From assembly GCF_964355755.1 (NCBI RefSeq), contig NC_092671.1, forward strand, positions 5,704,001 to 5,768,000: a stretch of 64,000 nucleotides of DNA, given 5' to 3'. How positions within the stretch are numbered: position 1 is the first letter of the stretch; every line of letters starts with the position of its first letter. The notes under the pieces were generated by a model. That model saw only the letters and a list, made by a program, of their open reading frames with translations, searched no databases and was not told the origin of the DNA. Below are positions 35,501 to 62,744 of this stretch, in pieces. Source of the DNA: Antedon mediterranea (lineage: Eukaryota; Animalia; Echinodermata). A program made the position numbers and the translations under genes.

Positions 35501-35719
35501 AGCATAGAAGCATGTGTTGCCAAACTGTTGCCATCCCTCTCCACATCCTTGACTATAAGCTAAAAATAACATTCTTAGTTAATTCCTGATACATGTTTTT
35601 TTAGGGATGTAAAGTAAACAAACAAACAAACATATCTATTGCTCTATACCAAATAATATAAGTAAACGTAACTTACCATATCCAAGAAAGACTGAAAATA
35701 TTACAATTCTTGAGAACAT
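29518..35719 (-). CDS. Tandem paralogue 'lectin B': signal peptide, 4 CTLD, Pro/Gly stalk, TM, 4-residue tail (KKRQ); 16 coding exons
   Basis: Signal exon 35677-35719 (MFSRIVIFSVFLGY); exons 35411-35559, 35117-35235, 34356-34489 (sizes 43/149/119/134, identical to lectin A exons 1-4); further CTLD exons down to ~30379; stalk 30121-30183; last exon 29518-29624 (GTLSGGAIAGITIGFICVLVLASVLTVLVVKKRQ*). Confidence 0.88.
29714..29870. mobile_element. Harbinger-type MITE, family 1
   Basis: Family-1 TIRs; TTA TSD at 29711-29713 and 29871-29873. Confidence 0.85.
30930..31251. mobile_element. Kolobok-type element, family 2 (left end degraded)
   Basis: Internal sequence homologous to 27361-27685; right end GACAATACATCT|TTAA. 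Confidence 0.7.
32120..32485 (-). mobile_element. tRNA-derived SINE fragments
   Basis: Minus-strand GTAGCTTTGTGGTTACGATGCTGGGCTACCAATCCAAGAGTCCTGGGTTCAATTCC (A/B boxes); related copy at 46165-46310. Confidence 0.55.
34514..34830. repeat. 46-49-bp minisatellite, ~7 copies
   Basis: Unit AATGTTATGGAAGG(ATC)AAGCAGTTACTGTGGTTCTTGACTTAGTTGTG with two interspersed variants. Confidence 0.92.
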
Positions 35720-36610
35720 ATTTCTCTAAATGTCAGAAACAATTATACAGCACAATAGTCATTAAAATTATATATTAAGTTTGTACTACCAGAGGCCCAG
35801 TGCAGCGAGGTTCAGAATCCAGAGTTCAGTATTATGATACTGGGCTTAAAGACCTGATAAGGTATTTAATGAACGGGTCAGGTCCTTGTGATAAGGTGGA
35901 TACGGTACCTGGTATATTATTAATATTTTTATTTGCAATCTTTAATTAGAATAAAAACCTATCATCCTACACAAGTAATCAAAATACTATTTCATATTTA
36001 TATGCAAGTTTTTTAAACATGGTTTATTATTTACTATATACTTTAAATGAAAATAAAAACATTCATCGAAAAACAGTGTTTTTCTGGAGTGTTTAAATGG
36101 TTGAAAATAAATACGTAGTTTTTAGCCAATAGTCACAGTTTGTTTTATTTCAGTGGCTTAGAAGTGGAAACAAGTTAATTTTATCTATAGAACTTTTACT
36201 CAATTTGATTCAGGTGTATTGATTTATAGATTTCACAAATATTATAAATCTTATATTTAAATATTATTCAATACCTTAGTATACAATAGGTATTATCAAA
36301 CATAGGGCCCACTCTGGGGCCACTTAAGCTCTGTGGCCCCTGGGTTTATCAAACATGCATAAATCATCGACTATTTACACAAAAGCATATCGTAGTGTCC
36401 ACAAAATAATCACAAAGTATTTAGCCACCTACAGGTTGTATTTGATAACCTTTCATATCGACTTATATCAATTTTGATCCAAATCCACCCTGTTCTTATT
36501 TGCTTGGTGAGTGATAGAATGTCACCAGCATCTCCAATGTTCTCTAATTAGTTATGTAATCAGATAAGTAGAATTCTGAATGCAGTATGTATAACTTGTA
36601 TACACATTCT

Positions 36611-36770
36611 ATATATATATAAATCCAAAGGCAAATTACTGAAAAAAATGATTAATAAAGGGCTAGTGTTGCCCGAAAGCTCTGCCTAATTTTTCTGGCT
36701 GTTTTACTTTATTGGTTTGATTTATCTTTTCGCTTTTTTTTTGTATCTCCATTGAGATCCAAAAAAATAA
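36611..36770 (+). mobile_element. Second Penelope-like pLTR remnant, with an inverted 5' segment
   Basis: 36658-36760 matches 2269-2365 (AAGGGCTAGTGTTGCCCGAAAGCTCTGC...TGTATCTCCATTGAGATCC); 36611-36651 is the reverse complement of 2383-2419. CTGATGA is missing here. Confidence 0.65.
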
Positions 36771-36896
36771 AACCTTGAAAACAATGAATATACACTTTAC
36801 ATTATGGGAGTTATATCTTAATATTTTATAATTATTTGATTAGAAACAGTATATTCAGTGGCGTTATATAGCAAAGTCATTGATGAAGTGCACACT

Positions 36897-37023
36897 CAGT
36901 GGCGTAACACAGTAGGCAAAGGTGCTGGAGAGTTGCATTGGACTTCTCATGCTCTGGGGCCCCTTAAGCTCTGAGGCCCCAGGGTTTAGCCCGTGAGCGC
37001 TCATAGTCGTTATTACGCCACTG
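36897..37023. mobile_element. hAT-type MITE
   Basis: TIR CAGTGGCGTAA ... TTACGCCACTG; 8-bp TSD TGCACACT/TGCACATT; internal GGGGCCCC motifs, also seen at ~36305-36345. Confidence 0.75.
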
Positions 37024-37867
37024 TGCACATTCGACCATCTACAGTATAAAGTAGAAGCATACAAAATTAAATGAATCAAACATAAAAGATTAATTGTTAT
37101 TGACATAGATATTTTAATTTCTCATATTTTTTTTAAAGGTAAACCAAAGCAAGTTTACTGTACACACAATCCACAAGGCAACATAAGATATATTATTTGC
37201 TCACAATTTAGCCTCGACTAAAAATACTTGAACAAATAATTTTATCTCAATAAAATTGTTCAAAAGAGTAATTTATCACTACATGATAAAATCCAACCTT
37301 GTTTCAATTTTTTAAATTAAAACAAATATATTTTTTTTAAAGAATTAAATATCACTATATAATTTACACAATTCTAAGTACCGTCTAAACACAACAAGTT
37401 AATTATTAACTTGACCCGTCCCAAACAAATAAAATAAGGGGGAAGTAAACTAAATGCAAGTGTGTGAGTTACAAAATGTTTGTATGGCTATCACCACAAT
37501 TTATTCTAAAAATGTATTTAATTCTAAGGATTCTATTACTGTAGTTTATTTTATCTAAGCTGTTTTGTCTGAAATTTAAACAAAAAACAAAAGGAATATT
37601 TGAGATGCTGCTAATTAATTGTGGTTGAATATGTAAAATGTATATACTGTGCATTAGTATATATAAAGTGGTAATTGATTACTTGTTCTTGGCTTCTTTA
37701 ATGTATAAAGGAATTTGTGGGTTCAAATCCCAGCCGAGAACGAATTGCAAATTTGTTCGTAAAGTGTTATCAATGTACTCAACAGTCAGTTTATGTCAGA
37801 GTAGGGAGAAACATTTGACTGAGGTATTTAATATAATACATATGTGCACACATTGTTTCAAATCTAA

Positions 37868-38024
37868 AGCTCTGTCTACACTATCAAACTAGTTTGACCA
37901 AAAAAAGTGTGATGTGCCCAAATATGGTAGTGATATGATCAAATATGGTAGTGATATAACATCCTCATGTCCATATATAGTCACATCACATTTTTTGTCA
38001 CATAAAGTTTGATAGTGAAGAGCA
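37868..38024. mobile_element. Harbinger-type MITE, family 1
   Basis: Family-1 left TIR after TAA and a full core. Confidence 0.82.
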
Positions 38025-39298
38025 TAAAATAAAATTACAAAATTATAATAATTAGAATACAAATAAAAGGTGCTTTAAAAATGTGTTTGTTTTAAAAAAC
38101 AAAAAGAATTATTCCACAATAATTGTGGATGCCATATTCGAATAATATAACTTCAACAAATCATATCAAATTAGTATAATCTCATAAGATCTTGATAAAA
38201 AATTTGGCAACATTTACAGGGTGGGATTTATACTATGATAATAACATGGCAATATCATTTATTTTTAAATAATAATAATTTAAATCAATAGACTTAATGT
38301 CCATAATTCATATCTCATTTAACATTATTTTATGAGTTGTACATGCTTGCTAAAATCCTTTGTTATTTTACTAAAGACTGTTTACTTGAATGAAATAGGT
38401 TATTTTGGACCGGGTATAAATAAAAAAACTAGAATACAAACATAACAAAAATGGTATTATCCAAAACAAAAAAAATGGGGGGGGGGGGGATTATATTCAA
38501 GTGCTATACTCAATTTGCTAGGTTCTACCCAAAAAGTTTAGCAGGACAAGCACTTCTAAACTATAAACATAAATTAAAACAAACTTATTGAATATATTTA
38601 AGCACATACTATAAAATATTAAGCCTGCTTGATAGATCTTTTCTAGATATCAAGTAGTTGTATTCATAATTTGGTTCATCTTACTGTTTAACATGCTCTA
38701 ACATTTTACATCACTCTACAGTCCTGTTTATCTGGCTGTAAATGATGACAATACACGGTATATGACATTAATGTTGGCTAAACCAACAAAATAATATTAC
38801 ACATTTACTGTCTATATCTGATATACATAATGTAACACATTATAATTTATAACTAAATTTTTAGTTTTTCAACATAAATTATGCTTTACTTATATTTTTA
38901 TTAAACATTAAGTTAATGGAAACCCATGAAGGCAAATCAAACCATCTTGGAGTTTATATTACCTTATGGTTAAACGCATCATCGGGCAAGAGAGCTACAT
39001 TTTTCCAATATCTTGGTTATTGTTGAATTACATAATAAATTCAATTTTGTCATTAATGATACAGCAACATGCCAATCGAATGTTTATATATGTCATTACT
39101 ACTGCCTTTCAATACCATCGCCTCCGTATTACTCATCAAAGAGGGTAGCACAATATATCCACAGCACCAACGTAATCGGACATTCACTCACACTGCATGA
39201 GTAATATAAACGAAAAAGGACAAACCGCAGAATTTACTGTAAAATGCACATGGAACATTGGTCATCAGTTCATAATGTCAGGGGTACGGTGTGGAATT

Positions 39299-53590
<14,292 letters not shown>

Positions 53591-53731
53591 GATATCTTAT
53601 CTTGGAAAAACTTCTGTAAAAAATAAATTATGTAATTATTGGCGAATTGAATGTTTGCATAAACAAAGTATAGTACAGTATTATTTGAATAGGATACAGT
53701 ACTGTAAATTTGTATTATCATATATCATGCT

Positions 53732-54565
53732 GGGTGCAGGTCAAGTCAGCCCCAAACCGTCTCGGCCAAAGTCAAGTCGGCCCCACGTCAAGTCGGCCCC
53801 AAGTCAACTCGGCCTCAAGTCAACTCGGCCTCACGTCAAGTCGGCCGAAAACTAATCGGTCAACTCGGCCACAATAAAGTATGGAACGCAAAAAGTGCTT
53901 AATATTATTACGATTCTTACTATCCACGTTTTAAAAAAAATGAAGAAATAAAAAATATAATATATAAAAAAATGAACTCATTGCCGATATGAATAGAAGT
54001 ACCCGCGTGTTACAAAAAACACGTGCAGGTACCGTATTTTAGGAAATCGAAGACGGAGGCCTACGTTCCACCATTTGGCCATAGAAAAAATGATCGTACA
54101 TCGTTTTTGTGCATGATTTGCGTTTTTAAAAAAGGGGAATCCCCCGGTCAGCGAAAACACATAGCAGTTGTAGATATCGAAAAAGCTGGCAAACGCGCAG
54201 GGAGGCTCAGCTACGAAATTTTATTAAACGTAAATAAAGGAAAGTTGGTGAAATCATTCCTATTTTTTTTGCTAAATATATTATTGTCTAAATAATAATA
54301 TTCATTAAAAGTCAGAATTATTCATAGTTAAAAAATTGTGAAGAAATATTATTTTATCAATCCCCTTCATTTGCACTTTTTGCGTTCCATACTTTAACGG
54401 GGCCGAGTTGACCGATTATTTTTTGGCCGAGTTGACGTGAGGCCGAGTTGACTTGAGGCCGAGTTGACTTGAGGCCGAGTTGACTTGAGGCCGACTTGAC
54501 TTGGGGCCGACTTGACTTTGGCCGAGACGGTTTAGGGCCGACTTGGATCGAAACCTTTTAAAACC
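53732..54565. mobile_element. 834-bp foldback/MULE-like non-autonomous transposon with 16-bp subterminal repeats, in the DYNC1I 5' UTR intron
   Basis: Long inverted arms built of (A/C)GTCAA(G/C)TCGGCC(C/T)CA units plus AAAGTATGGAACGCAAAAAGTGC / GCACTTTTTGCGTTCCATACTTT; 8-bp TSD ATCATGCT at 53724-53731 and 54566-54573; GG...CC ends. Confidence 0.85.
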
Positions 54566-55439
54566 ATCATGCTAATTGCATTGCATCGCATCATTGATGT
54601 GTATGTTTATTATTTTACAGTAGTACAGCATAAATATTTGGATGATTTGTGATTTATAGGTTATAACATATAGTATAATACAGTGACTTTAGTAGGCCTA
54701 GTAGTAGAGTACCCCAGAAATAGTAAGACTATGTTTATGGCACTGTATTAGTCAGTAGTAGTAATTCTGGAGTTAAAAGTACATGGTTAGTAATTAATAG
54801 TATCAAATGTACAATGTGTGTGAAATATACATATCACTTATCAGAATCTGAGTGAGTTGTGTTAAATGCTGTAAATGCCTACTTTTTATTACAATATAGG
54901 CCTAGGCATATAATTATGATAATGAATTAAACATTTTTTTAAATAAAATAAATAACTAAAACAATTAGCCTACTAGTACTCTAGGCTAGATAAGATAGGG
55001 CCGCCGTAGTCTACTCTCTAGCATAAATAAGCTAGTCTAGGCCTATCTATTCAATGTTGAATGCTTTATTATTACATAATTAGGGCATGACTATATCGTT
55101 TTTAAGTTACTTGTGAGGTAGTATTTTTACGAATCGCATATCTTCGATAATCCAGTATAGGCTAATTAACAATACGCAATGCTAGGCCCGATGTCGCCAG
55201 AGACAGCACAGGCACCACGGTGACTGAACGTCACTCTCTCAGCCTTTCTACCGGCTAGCCGTGTTCAGGGGGAAAGCATATTGGTAAATTGTAAAGCGAG
55301 TTTAGCTGACCGAAATACTCCCTACAATAACTTATACATATGATAGGGCACGTTTAATTTACTTTATTTATTCGGTATCAATAAAGATAAACAATAGTTT
55401 AAAAGATCTATAAATCATTGTTTAAATCTAAATAATACA

Positions 55440-56290
55440 CACCCAATTCTGAAATCCTTATGTAGCCTAGGCTCCACTCTCCAGTCGCGCTCGCGCTGAA
55501 AGGTGAACGTGAGTATTAATTTGTATTTTTAGTAGTATATTTTAACCAGTTAATAATATATTTAAAATATTATATTTATTTTTAGTTTAAATTTATAAAA
55601 CCAAATAATTATAAGTTTGTTTTTATTGATATATGAAATTAAAACAACAATATTCTACTTAGCATCAATATACTGTTATATAAAAAATGTTTAGCAGTTT
55701 TGTCGACTGCTAACCAAAACTTACAACACGATTTATGTATTGAAAATCCAACTAGTAAGTTAACATTTGTTGTGTGTCTTTATCTAGGGTAGACAAATGC
55801 TTATGATACCTCAAGAGAAGATATAGCTTAAATATGAGCTTGAAATAGCCAGCATTAATGACGCTGGAAGTGCTAGCTAGCCTAGGCCATCATACCAGTC
55901 ACCGTGACCGTGTGAGTGAAATACACGGCGCGGTCGTGGTTGTGAGGTGACACATCCATAGCCTAACGGGGCCTAGGCCTAGACCGTATTACCAAAACAC
56001 ATTATGCATTGTGGGCGAGAAGATGAGAGAGAGGTTTTTATAAGGAGCCGACGTCTATGTACAATATTCTCAGTCTCTCCTCGCTAGGACAGGTTATTTT
56101 ATTTATAGGCCCTATATATATACCGGGCGCCAGAAATTTAGGCTGGTTATCATAGAGTAGGCCTATTAATGTAGTTTTGTCAAACGAAAGTATCGAAAAG
56201 GTTATTGATAATCGATCACCCTGTTACCGCAATCATTATTATCTATCTACTACACAGCACTCACACTATACTAGTGATTTAGATGATGAT
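55440..56290. promoter_or_regulatory. Probable bidirectional promoter between DYNC1I (-) and SDHAF3 (+)
   Basis: Divergent genes; candidate DYNC1I 5' UTR donor (AATTGG|GTGTGT) at ~55443; locally raised CpG (CAGTCGCGCTCGCGCTG, ACACGGCGCGGTCG); several TAGGCCTA motifs. Confidence 0.55.
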
Positions 56291-56292
56291 AA

Positions 56293-57130
56293 ATGATGTC
56301 ATCATCTCATGTATTGATGGTAAGAAGCTTGTATAAAAGGATTCTCAAACTGCACCATGGACTTCCTATTGAAATGAAAGCAATTGGTGACCAATATGTC
56401 AAATCAGAGTTCAAGAATCACAAAACAGCAAAGGAAGAAGAAGTAAAGATATTTATAGCAGAATGGATGGTACGGCACTAACACCATAAAATTATAGGCC
56501 TACTATTAATAAATAATGTCCATTATATAAAATAGTCTGAGTATACTTAACTAAGAAAGGCTTTTCTACACTATCAAACTTTGTGTGAAAAAAATGTGAT
56601 GTGCCCATACATGTATTGACTTTGACATGATGATGTCATATCACTACCATATTTAGGAATATTTAAAAACAATAATCTGTTCTATTGACAGTTAATAACT
56701 TCTCCCGCAAGTTTTTAATGGTAAATAGATAGATTTCTATACAGCACCAATATTAAAAAGATGACAGGTGGTATCACTTGATTGACAATTGAATTGTTGC
56801 TTTAAAATCTATTGAAATACATGTATTACTAAGATTAGTAAAAGACTATGTGAGTAATCAAGAACCAAATTAGCATATGAAATATACGACTTCGCGCCGA
56901 CAGTTAATTACGAGATCAAGCATTTTCCATACATTTACATACATTCTATTTTCTTATAGAATTACGCAAAACAACTCGAGGAACAGTTATCTAGAAAGTC
57001 ATCATTGGGCAGTTCGATAGATGTCAGCCGGTTAGACAGCTTCAGGCCTGAACAAATCGGACAATTGTACGAACTTCACGTGGAAACTAAAAAACCATCA
57101 CAATTTATACCACCAGAAAATATATCATGA
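56293..57130 (+). CDS. SDHAF3: Succinate dehydrogenase assembly factor 3 (ACN9, LYR-motif protein); exons 56293-56469 and 56960-57130, 115 aa
   Basis: HVLMVRSLYKRILKLHHGLPIEMKAIGDQYVKSEFKNHK...FIAEWM|NYAKQLEEQ...LDSFRPEQIGQLYELHVETKKP*, matching the SDHAF3 motifs LYKR.L.LH..LP...GDQYVK.EF..HK and F..EQIGQL.EL. Confidence 0.93.
56558..56660. mobile_element. Harbinger-type MITE, family 1 (partial), in the SDHAF3 intron
   Basis: TCTACACTATCAAACTTTGTGTGA...GACATGATGATGTCATATCACTACCATATTT. Confidence 0.7.
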
Positions 57131-57757
57131 TAAAATGGAGAAATAATATTCGGCGTCTAAACGCAAACATTCAGATTCAGATTCGATTTATTAAGTCATT
57201 CATACATAGTACAATGATAATTGTTTTCTTGGCAGAAAAACACAAATAAAACAATACACACAATATGTACATTCGTGAACATGGAACTAACAACTGATCA
57301 AGCAATATAAAATACAAAAAGACCTTATGACCTATCTTTGGAACTCATTGTTGTGTAGCCTATGCATATAACACATAAAAATACATTGTGATGATAGATT
57401 CGAGCCAAAACCAGTACTATGCGCCACTTTGTACCATCATGAAGACATAGCTTTATTTCTCCATGGTAGGCCTACCATTAAAGCTGCACTTGTTCCGTTT
57501 AACGGAACGGAAGACAGTGCCGTTTTGTTAAACAATGGGAAAATATATACAGAGTTGAATGGTGCCGTGTTCCGTTCCGTGAAACAGAGCAGGCACGAAT
57601 TTAGCGTTAAGAATGGAACTATTAAATTAGATTAGACTAATTTTATACCTTCATGCTTTAAGCTTATTTGTTATAGGCCAAACGTTTGTAAATGTATTTC
57701 TAATTTGAATTGTTTTGAATGTTTTCTCAGTTAAAGCCGGCTAATATAGGTAATTCA

Positions 57758-57914
57758 GCTTGGTTCCCACTAGGACAAAACGCAAGAACATAAGCGCAAC
57801 ACAAGCGAGTTGTCCAATCACAACGCGATGGATCATTGAACCGTCGCTTGCCACGGGTCACCTTGCTTGTGATGCGTCTACGTCCTTACGTTTCGTCCTA
57901 GTGGGAACCAAGCT
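57758..57914. mobile_element. Harbinger-type MITE, family 3
   Basis: AGCTTGGTTCCCACTAGGAC ... GTCCTAGTGGGAACCAAGCT|TTA; another decayed copy at ~44937-45035. Confidence 0.82.
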
Positions 57915-59429
57915 TTATTAATATAGCTGCGTATGACGCATGACGTCATTATATTGAACTAGAAACTGCTAAATAAACTTTAGTGTTATCTTGAGAAGTA
58001 TTAATAATACTTAAAGGATTAATAATTCTAGTAAAACTATATACGATAATTAAGTATTGTAAATCTATTTTTCCTGATTGATATATTAATTAGGTTATGG
58101 GATTGGCATGTGGATCCTGTATAATATTTAGAAACGCGATTGGGAAACCGTGAAAACAATCTGGTCAAATGGTTGGGAAATCTGCATATCAAGCAGAAGG
58201 TTCCGTGTTTGTATCTTGGTTGGGGCGACTTTTTCTCATTCTCACAGATTTCCTCATCTTTATCATTTCAAATTATGATTAGGCCTACATTTCAGTATAG
58301 CACCGGACGGTTTAGTATTTATTCTGTACCTGTGATGTTTATATATATATATATATATAAGTTTGGTTATCTAAAAACAATTAAGGGCTTGTACTAAGAA
58401 AAGGGACGGAAATATAATGGGTTTGGCCCAAAATACTAGATCATGCCACGGATGTGTTGACCTGCGTCACTATGTTATCTTCAGTGTACGTCAATGTGAG
58501 GCGCGGGTGTGGGGGTCAAATGTGTTGATGAGGGTTGATGAAACGGAAGATGAGGAACAGCATATATAAAGGTATACATTGTATAGGCTACCTGTTGTCA
58601 GTAGGTAAACATTTTAACGGAGAAAATGAACTCGAAAACTGTGATACTGGGCCTAAAATCCATATTACTCCTTCACATAACAGTAGGCCTAACGATAGAA
58701 GAATCTGCGAGAGTGAAAAAATCGCACTAAATTCTCAAGCGATAGTTTAATGACGAAACAATAGTAATAAACCTAAATGTTTAAACTTAAATATCCAATC
58801 AAATCAGTTCATTCTGTAATAATATTGTGTAACCACAACTTGAAATGTGACGTCAACAAGTGTTGAAGCGCCGGAAATGATAAATTGGTGTCATAGAAGC
58901 TGCGAATAAAGAACTAATAGATATAATGCAACATTTTGTATTCTTTGGTAATGTGCTTATTTTATCATTATGGCCGACTAAAACGGGAGTCTTGTCATGT
59001 AGGCCTATGCTCCAGGGCTACATGACAAGACAAGACTCTCGATATTACGGCTATTATGTTTACGGAAATTGATAATTCGTTCAAGTTAGTAGTGTAGGCC
59101 GCACTTAATCCCAAATCCCATTTCCGTGTTGAAGTGAAGTGTTGAATACTGACTTTCTGTAATAATTTACAAAAATTAAATAACTGGCACATGTAATACT
59201 AAATTCTTCCACCGGAACTATTTTCACCGGTCAAATTATCCATGGTTTGATAGGCCTAAGTGGTCACTTATCACTTATTTCTGGAGGTCACAAAAATACC
59301 ACATGGGGTTGGCGAGTGGACAAAATAAATTTTGTAAAGTACTGGTCAAGAACGACACTACATACCAATAAAGATCAATTGATGTAATCTACAGGTCATT
59401 GACTGACTGATTGATTGATTGATTGACTC

Positions 59430-59574
59430 TCGCTATCAACTTTAGGTGACAACAAAAATGTGATGTGCCCATATGGACATGATGATGTCATATCATTACC
59501 ATATTTGAGCCTATCACTACCATATTTGGGAACATCACACTTTGTTTTGTCAAACTCGTTTGATAGTGTAGACA
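59430..59574. mobile_element. Harbinger-type MITE, family 1
   Basis: Reverse-orientation family-1 core ending GTTTGATAGTGTAGACA. Confidence 0.75.
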
Positions 59575-59887
59575 AGAAAAAAAGCTAATATATAATATGA
59601 GAATTATGAAACATTAGGCATGACCTACCCGCAGAGATAGTTCAGGTCGCTCACGTTCTTAGACATTTTCTGAGTTCCATTCCCACTAATTATTAATGTT
59701 GTAACTTTAGGTTAAGTCGTATTATTGACGCTGTTAAGGTAAAAAGTTTAAAATCGTAATTATTAGGCCTCTCTTAATATTTGTCTTGACTGACCTTAAA
59801 AACAGATCAGCAAACATGCCACCTGAAATATCCAACAAATATACAAGAACGTTATAATGTTGTGTGAATAAAATATTTACATTAAGT

Positions 59888-60234
59888 ATTAGGCCTAACA
59901 TCGAGTTTAGATTAAATTATTGTGAAGGAATTTAATTTACAACCCGTTGCCCATTGTTCAGAGAGGACATCTGGTAGAAGCTACCTTGCTAGTATCAAAG
60001 GATTTGATAGGGAAGTTTATCTATATCTAGTGCACAAAGTAGAATGAAGAACCCGAGATACACACATTAGGCCTAACATCGAGTTTAGATTAAATTATTG
60101 TGAAGGAATTTAATTTACAACCCGTTGCCCATTGTTCAGAGGACATCTGGTAGAAGCTACCTTGCTAGTAGCAAAGGATTTGATAGGGAAGTTTATCTAT
60201 CTAGTGCACAAAAATAAAGAACCCGAGATACACA
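59888..60234. repeat. Recent tandem duplication, ~175 bp x 2
   Basis: ATTAGGCCTAACATCGAGTTTAG...GAACCCGAGATACACA at 59888-60064 and 60066-60234, near-identical apart from small indels. Confidence 0.92.
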
Positions 60235-62589
60235 AATTAAAAAGATACGCAGACTATAGATGATATTTAATGTCATAATAGGGCCTAACAATCTTGATAT
60301 TAAATTGAGCGGCCGAGCTGCGTATTGTCTGAGTAGCTTCTATTCATATTGACCTTCTAAGATCAACAACACAATATTTTCAATAATTGACACGTACATG
60401 CTTCTTCTATATTCACGTCAAGTACAGACATAATTGAAACGAGTATGTGAAATTGTTTTTTAACATGTTTGGACGTTTGAACTTTGATGCTATTTAAATT
60501 CATAGTTTTCCCCATAGTTATACATATATAGTGTATACTATGTCTAAGTCCATTTCAATAATTGTAATAAGCAATATAACAATTGATTCTTTTCTACATA
60601 AAGTTGTATATTGTTTTTTAACATGTTTGGACGTTTAAACTACAGCTCATCTCATACCTTGTCATGAAACGTTTGTACCTTGTCAAAATATTAGATTGAA
60701 AAAATTCTAACTAATTTGAATGTAAAACATGGCAGGAAATACAGAATTCCATGGAAACTAATTTCAACGCCAACGTCTTGTCACTTCTTTAAACCACTGA
60801 GTGATGAAATTTCATGCTCAATTATCACGTACCGTAGTCATTGCCTTTGATTTAATCACATTGGCTTTTCATGGCAAAATCCTATCGTTGTTACAAATGT
60901 CACGTACGTAAACCTATAATAATCAATATCAAATTTTCTTAGAGACAAATTATTGGTGCTTTAATGAGTGTTGAGCTATAGTTGATGCTATATAAATTAA
61001 TTTTCTCTGTAGTTATACTATTTCTAAGTGCATTTCAATAATTATAATAAGTAAGCAATATAATAATTGATTCTTTTCTACATTGTGGATTGTAACAATT
61101 TATCACAGTACTTATTATTCAAATTAAGCCGAATGATAGTAAGAATTTATAGAGAGATCAGTTAGAGGGAAAATGGCAAAATCAGCACTGTGGTCAAAAC
61201 AATATAGATTATCTGATAACATTCCTAGAAAGTTGTTTTGCCATTTTTCCCCTGACTGTTATATGTAAGCCTCATAACATTATCTGAAATATGTTATCAC
61301 AAATTTGTCGCGACGCATCCCGGACCTAATTTTACGCCACCACACCTATGAGTTTTTCAAATGAAGAATCATATTATATTTTGAATTTGCAATTTTTCGC
61401 TGTAATAATAAAAGACTGCTCTGGAAAACTTCGCCGTGCGGCCACGGCTGTGGACGTGTATATCGTAAATTGAACTGAAATTGCGGCAGCTACAGGGGCT
61501 ATCAATAAGCTGCAGTAAATAATGCAGGTTTGAAAACGGTGGTTATGGAATGCATTATCAAAGTAGGCCTACAGTAGTAAGGGAAGGAAATGATTATATA
61601 AGTATTAGACCACAATAAGCAAAGTACAGTTTTGTTTCCAAGGACAGTATTGCTATATAATGACAGTCATAATCATCTGGTTATAATTTCCCACACTTCT
61701 TACATAATATAAATTATTACGGTAGATATTTATGAATTCATAGTAATCTTTTTTTGTTTTGCATATAGAAGATGTTTACAAAATAATATCACGGATCCAT
61801 TTAGATGGTATTCAATTAGTGTGATCATACCATTGACTTTGTACAAAAAAATAAGCTATAGGCCTAAGTAATTGTGTGGAAATTCATTTAAACCAAAACA
61901 CGGACTGCAATCCGCAACGTAGGCCTACTATTAGGTCTACACGGCAATAACAGTAAGTACAGTAAATGAAGGAGATAAAAATCAATCGTTATCTTATCAT
62001 TATTATCATATATAGGCCTAGCAAATTATCAAAACAAACCATATTCTAAAAACAACTAAAATGTTTTTATGTTGTAAGGAGAGCTCGTTACAACACAAAC
62101 GACATCTGTCGTCGATATCTTTATCGAATAAATTATTCTATAGGTGTAGGCCTAGATTACACTTGCAGAGGCCTACTTTGTGCGTGGGAACGAAGTCAAG
62201 GTCGTTCCCGAAAAGCAACTTATGCGATTTCATATTAGGCCTATATTTATCCGTGATATGTGTATTTAAAATTACAAGGACCAGTGTATTTACTTATACG
62301 TAGGCATTGACTCTATATACACTATTGTTTCATGAGTATGATACAATATTTTTGGGTTATATATCCGTTTTAAATCCAGCGTATTGCCGTCCGATTGAAC
62401 GATTGTATACTATAACGTAACGACCTTCAAACAAATTTTATTAAATAAGTTATTAGAAAATTACAATTTTTTTTTCAAAACGGATGATGTTGTAACACTG
62501 TCACAGTAGTGGATCAGCGACGGGATAAAAAAAACCACACCCATGAACAGGTAGCTAGCTCTGTGTTTAAATTGTCTATTGTTTCAAGC

Positions 62590-62744
62590 TCACTATTAAA
62601 CCATAGTTTGACAAAAAAGTGTGATGTGCCCAAATATATAGTAGTGATGTTCCCAAATATGTTAGTCATATGACATCATCATGTTCATATATGGGCACAT
62701 CACATTGTTGTGTCACATAAACATTTCATAGTGTAGACAAGGCT
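62590..62744. mobile_element. Harbinger-type MITE, family 1
   Basis: Family-1 core and right end ATAGTGTAGACAAGGCT|TAA. Confidence 0.78.
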
